Assembly (NCBI GenBank): GCA_016875875.1
Contig: VGOP01000006.1
Location: forward strand, 6,203-70,202
Length of the DNA: 64,000 nucleotides
DNA from: Chloroflexota bacterium
GTDB lineage: Bacteria > Chloroflexota > Dehalococcoidia > GIF9 > UBA5629
Direction: 5' to 3'
Under the pieces are notes generated by a model. That model saw only the letters and a program-made list of their open reading frames with translations, did no database searches and was not told the origin of the DNA. Below, piece after piece: positions 63,987-64,000 of this stretch. How positions within the stretch are numbered: position 1 is the first letter of the stretch; each line of letters opens with the position of its first letter. The translations under genes and the position numbers were made by a program.

Positions 63987-64000
63987 CGCGGACTTCCCCT

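Noticed and set aside
1-64000. CRISPR arrays, rRNA, transposases
   Set aside because: No direct-repeat/spacer periodicity, no rRNA-like conserved stretches and no transposase ORFs were seen. The only repeats are the MITE/REP-like palindromes and the intragenic domain repeats.

Overview
This 64-kb window is a chromosomal segment of an anaerobic bacterium. I cannot assign the lineage from sequence alone. The gene content is typical of strict anaerobes: flavin-based bifurcating-type NuoE/NuoF modules, a selenocysteine formate dehydrogenase, a 2-oxoacid:ferredoxin oxidoreductase, TrpB2 and a type-2 IleRS.

Layout from left to right:
- 1-4202: the right end of an integrative element sitting against tRNA-Gly(TCC). 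It carries a 3'-partial ParB-like gene, two tyrosine integrases and an orphan ORF.
- 4241-8372: a pantothenate operon. An S58 (DmpA-like) peptidase is translationally coupled to a PanG-like putative ketopantoate reductase, followed by panD, panB and panC. An MFS transporter gene converges on it.
- 9960-13399: tandem-duplicated zinc-ribbon/transmembrane proteins with one versus three copies of a ~180-aa repeat.
- 13683-25488: a 12-kb redox array.
  - A NuoE-like and a NuoF-like gene precede a formate dehydrogenase alpha subunit with an in-frame TGA and a SECIS-like hairpin.
  - A second NuoE/NuoF-like pair is followed by a NuoG-N-terminus/GltD fusion (Stn-like).
  - NfnAB closes the array.
- 25682-30889: a 1735-aa multi-PAS hybrid histidine kinase.
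- 31094-32930: a sigma70 promoter and T-box leader in front of a stand-alone trpB2.
- 33110-53051: a housekeeping block.
  - An MBL hydrolase and an HtrA-like protease.
  - ileS, then jag-yidC-[PQQ-like propeller]-yidD-rnpA-rpmH and rpsR-ssb-rpsF.
  - ychF and ppsA.
  - dgt-dnaG-rpoD and ffh.
- 53154-64000: a stand-alone Cas4-like PD-(D/E)XK nuclease, aacS, porGDAB, lysA, holB, ricT/yaaT, and an HNH endonuclease next to a DnaC/IstB-like ATPase at the window edge.

A family of structured palindromic (MITE/REP-like) elements with ends GTCATCGCGAG / CTCGCAATGAC occurs at four intergenic sites. One copy supplies the last codons and stop of a CDS.

No rRNA, CRISPR array or transposase was seen.
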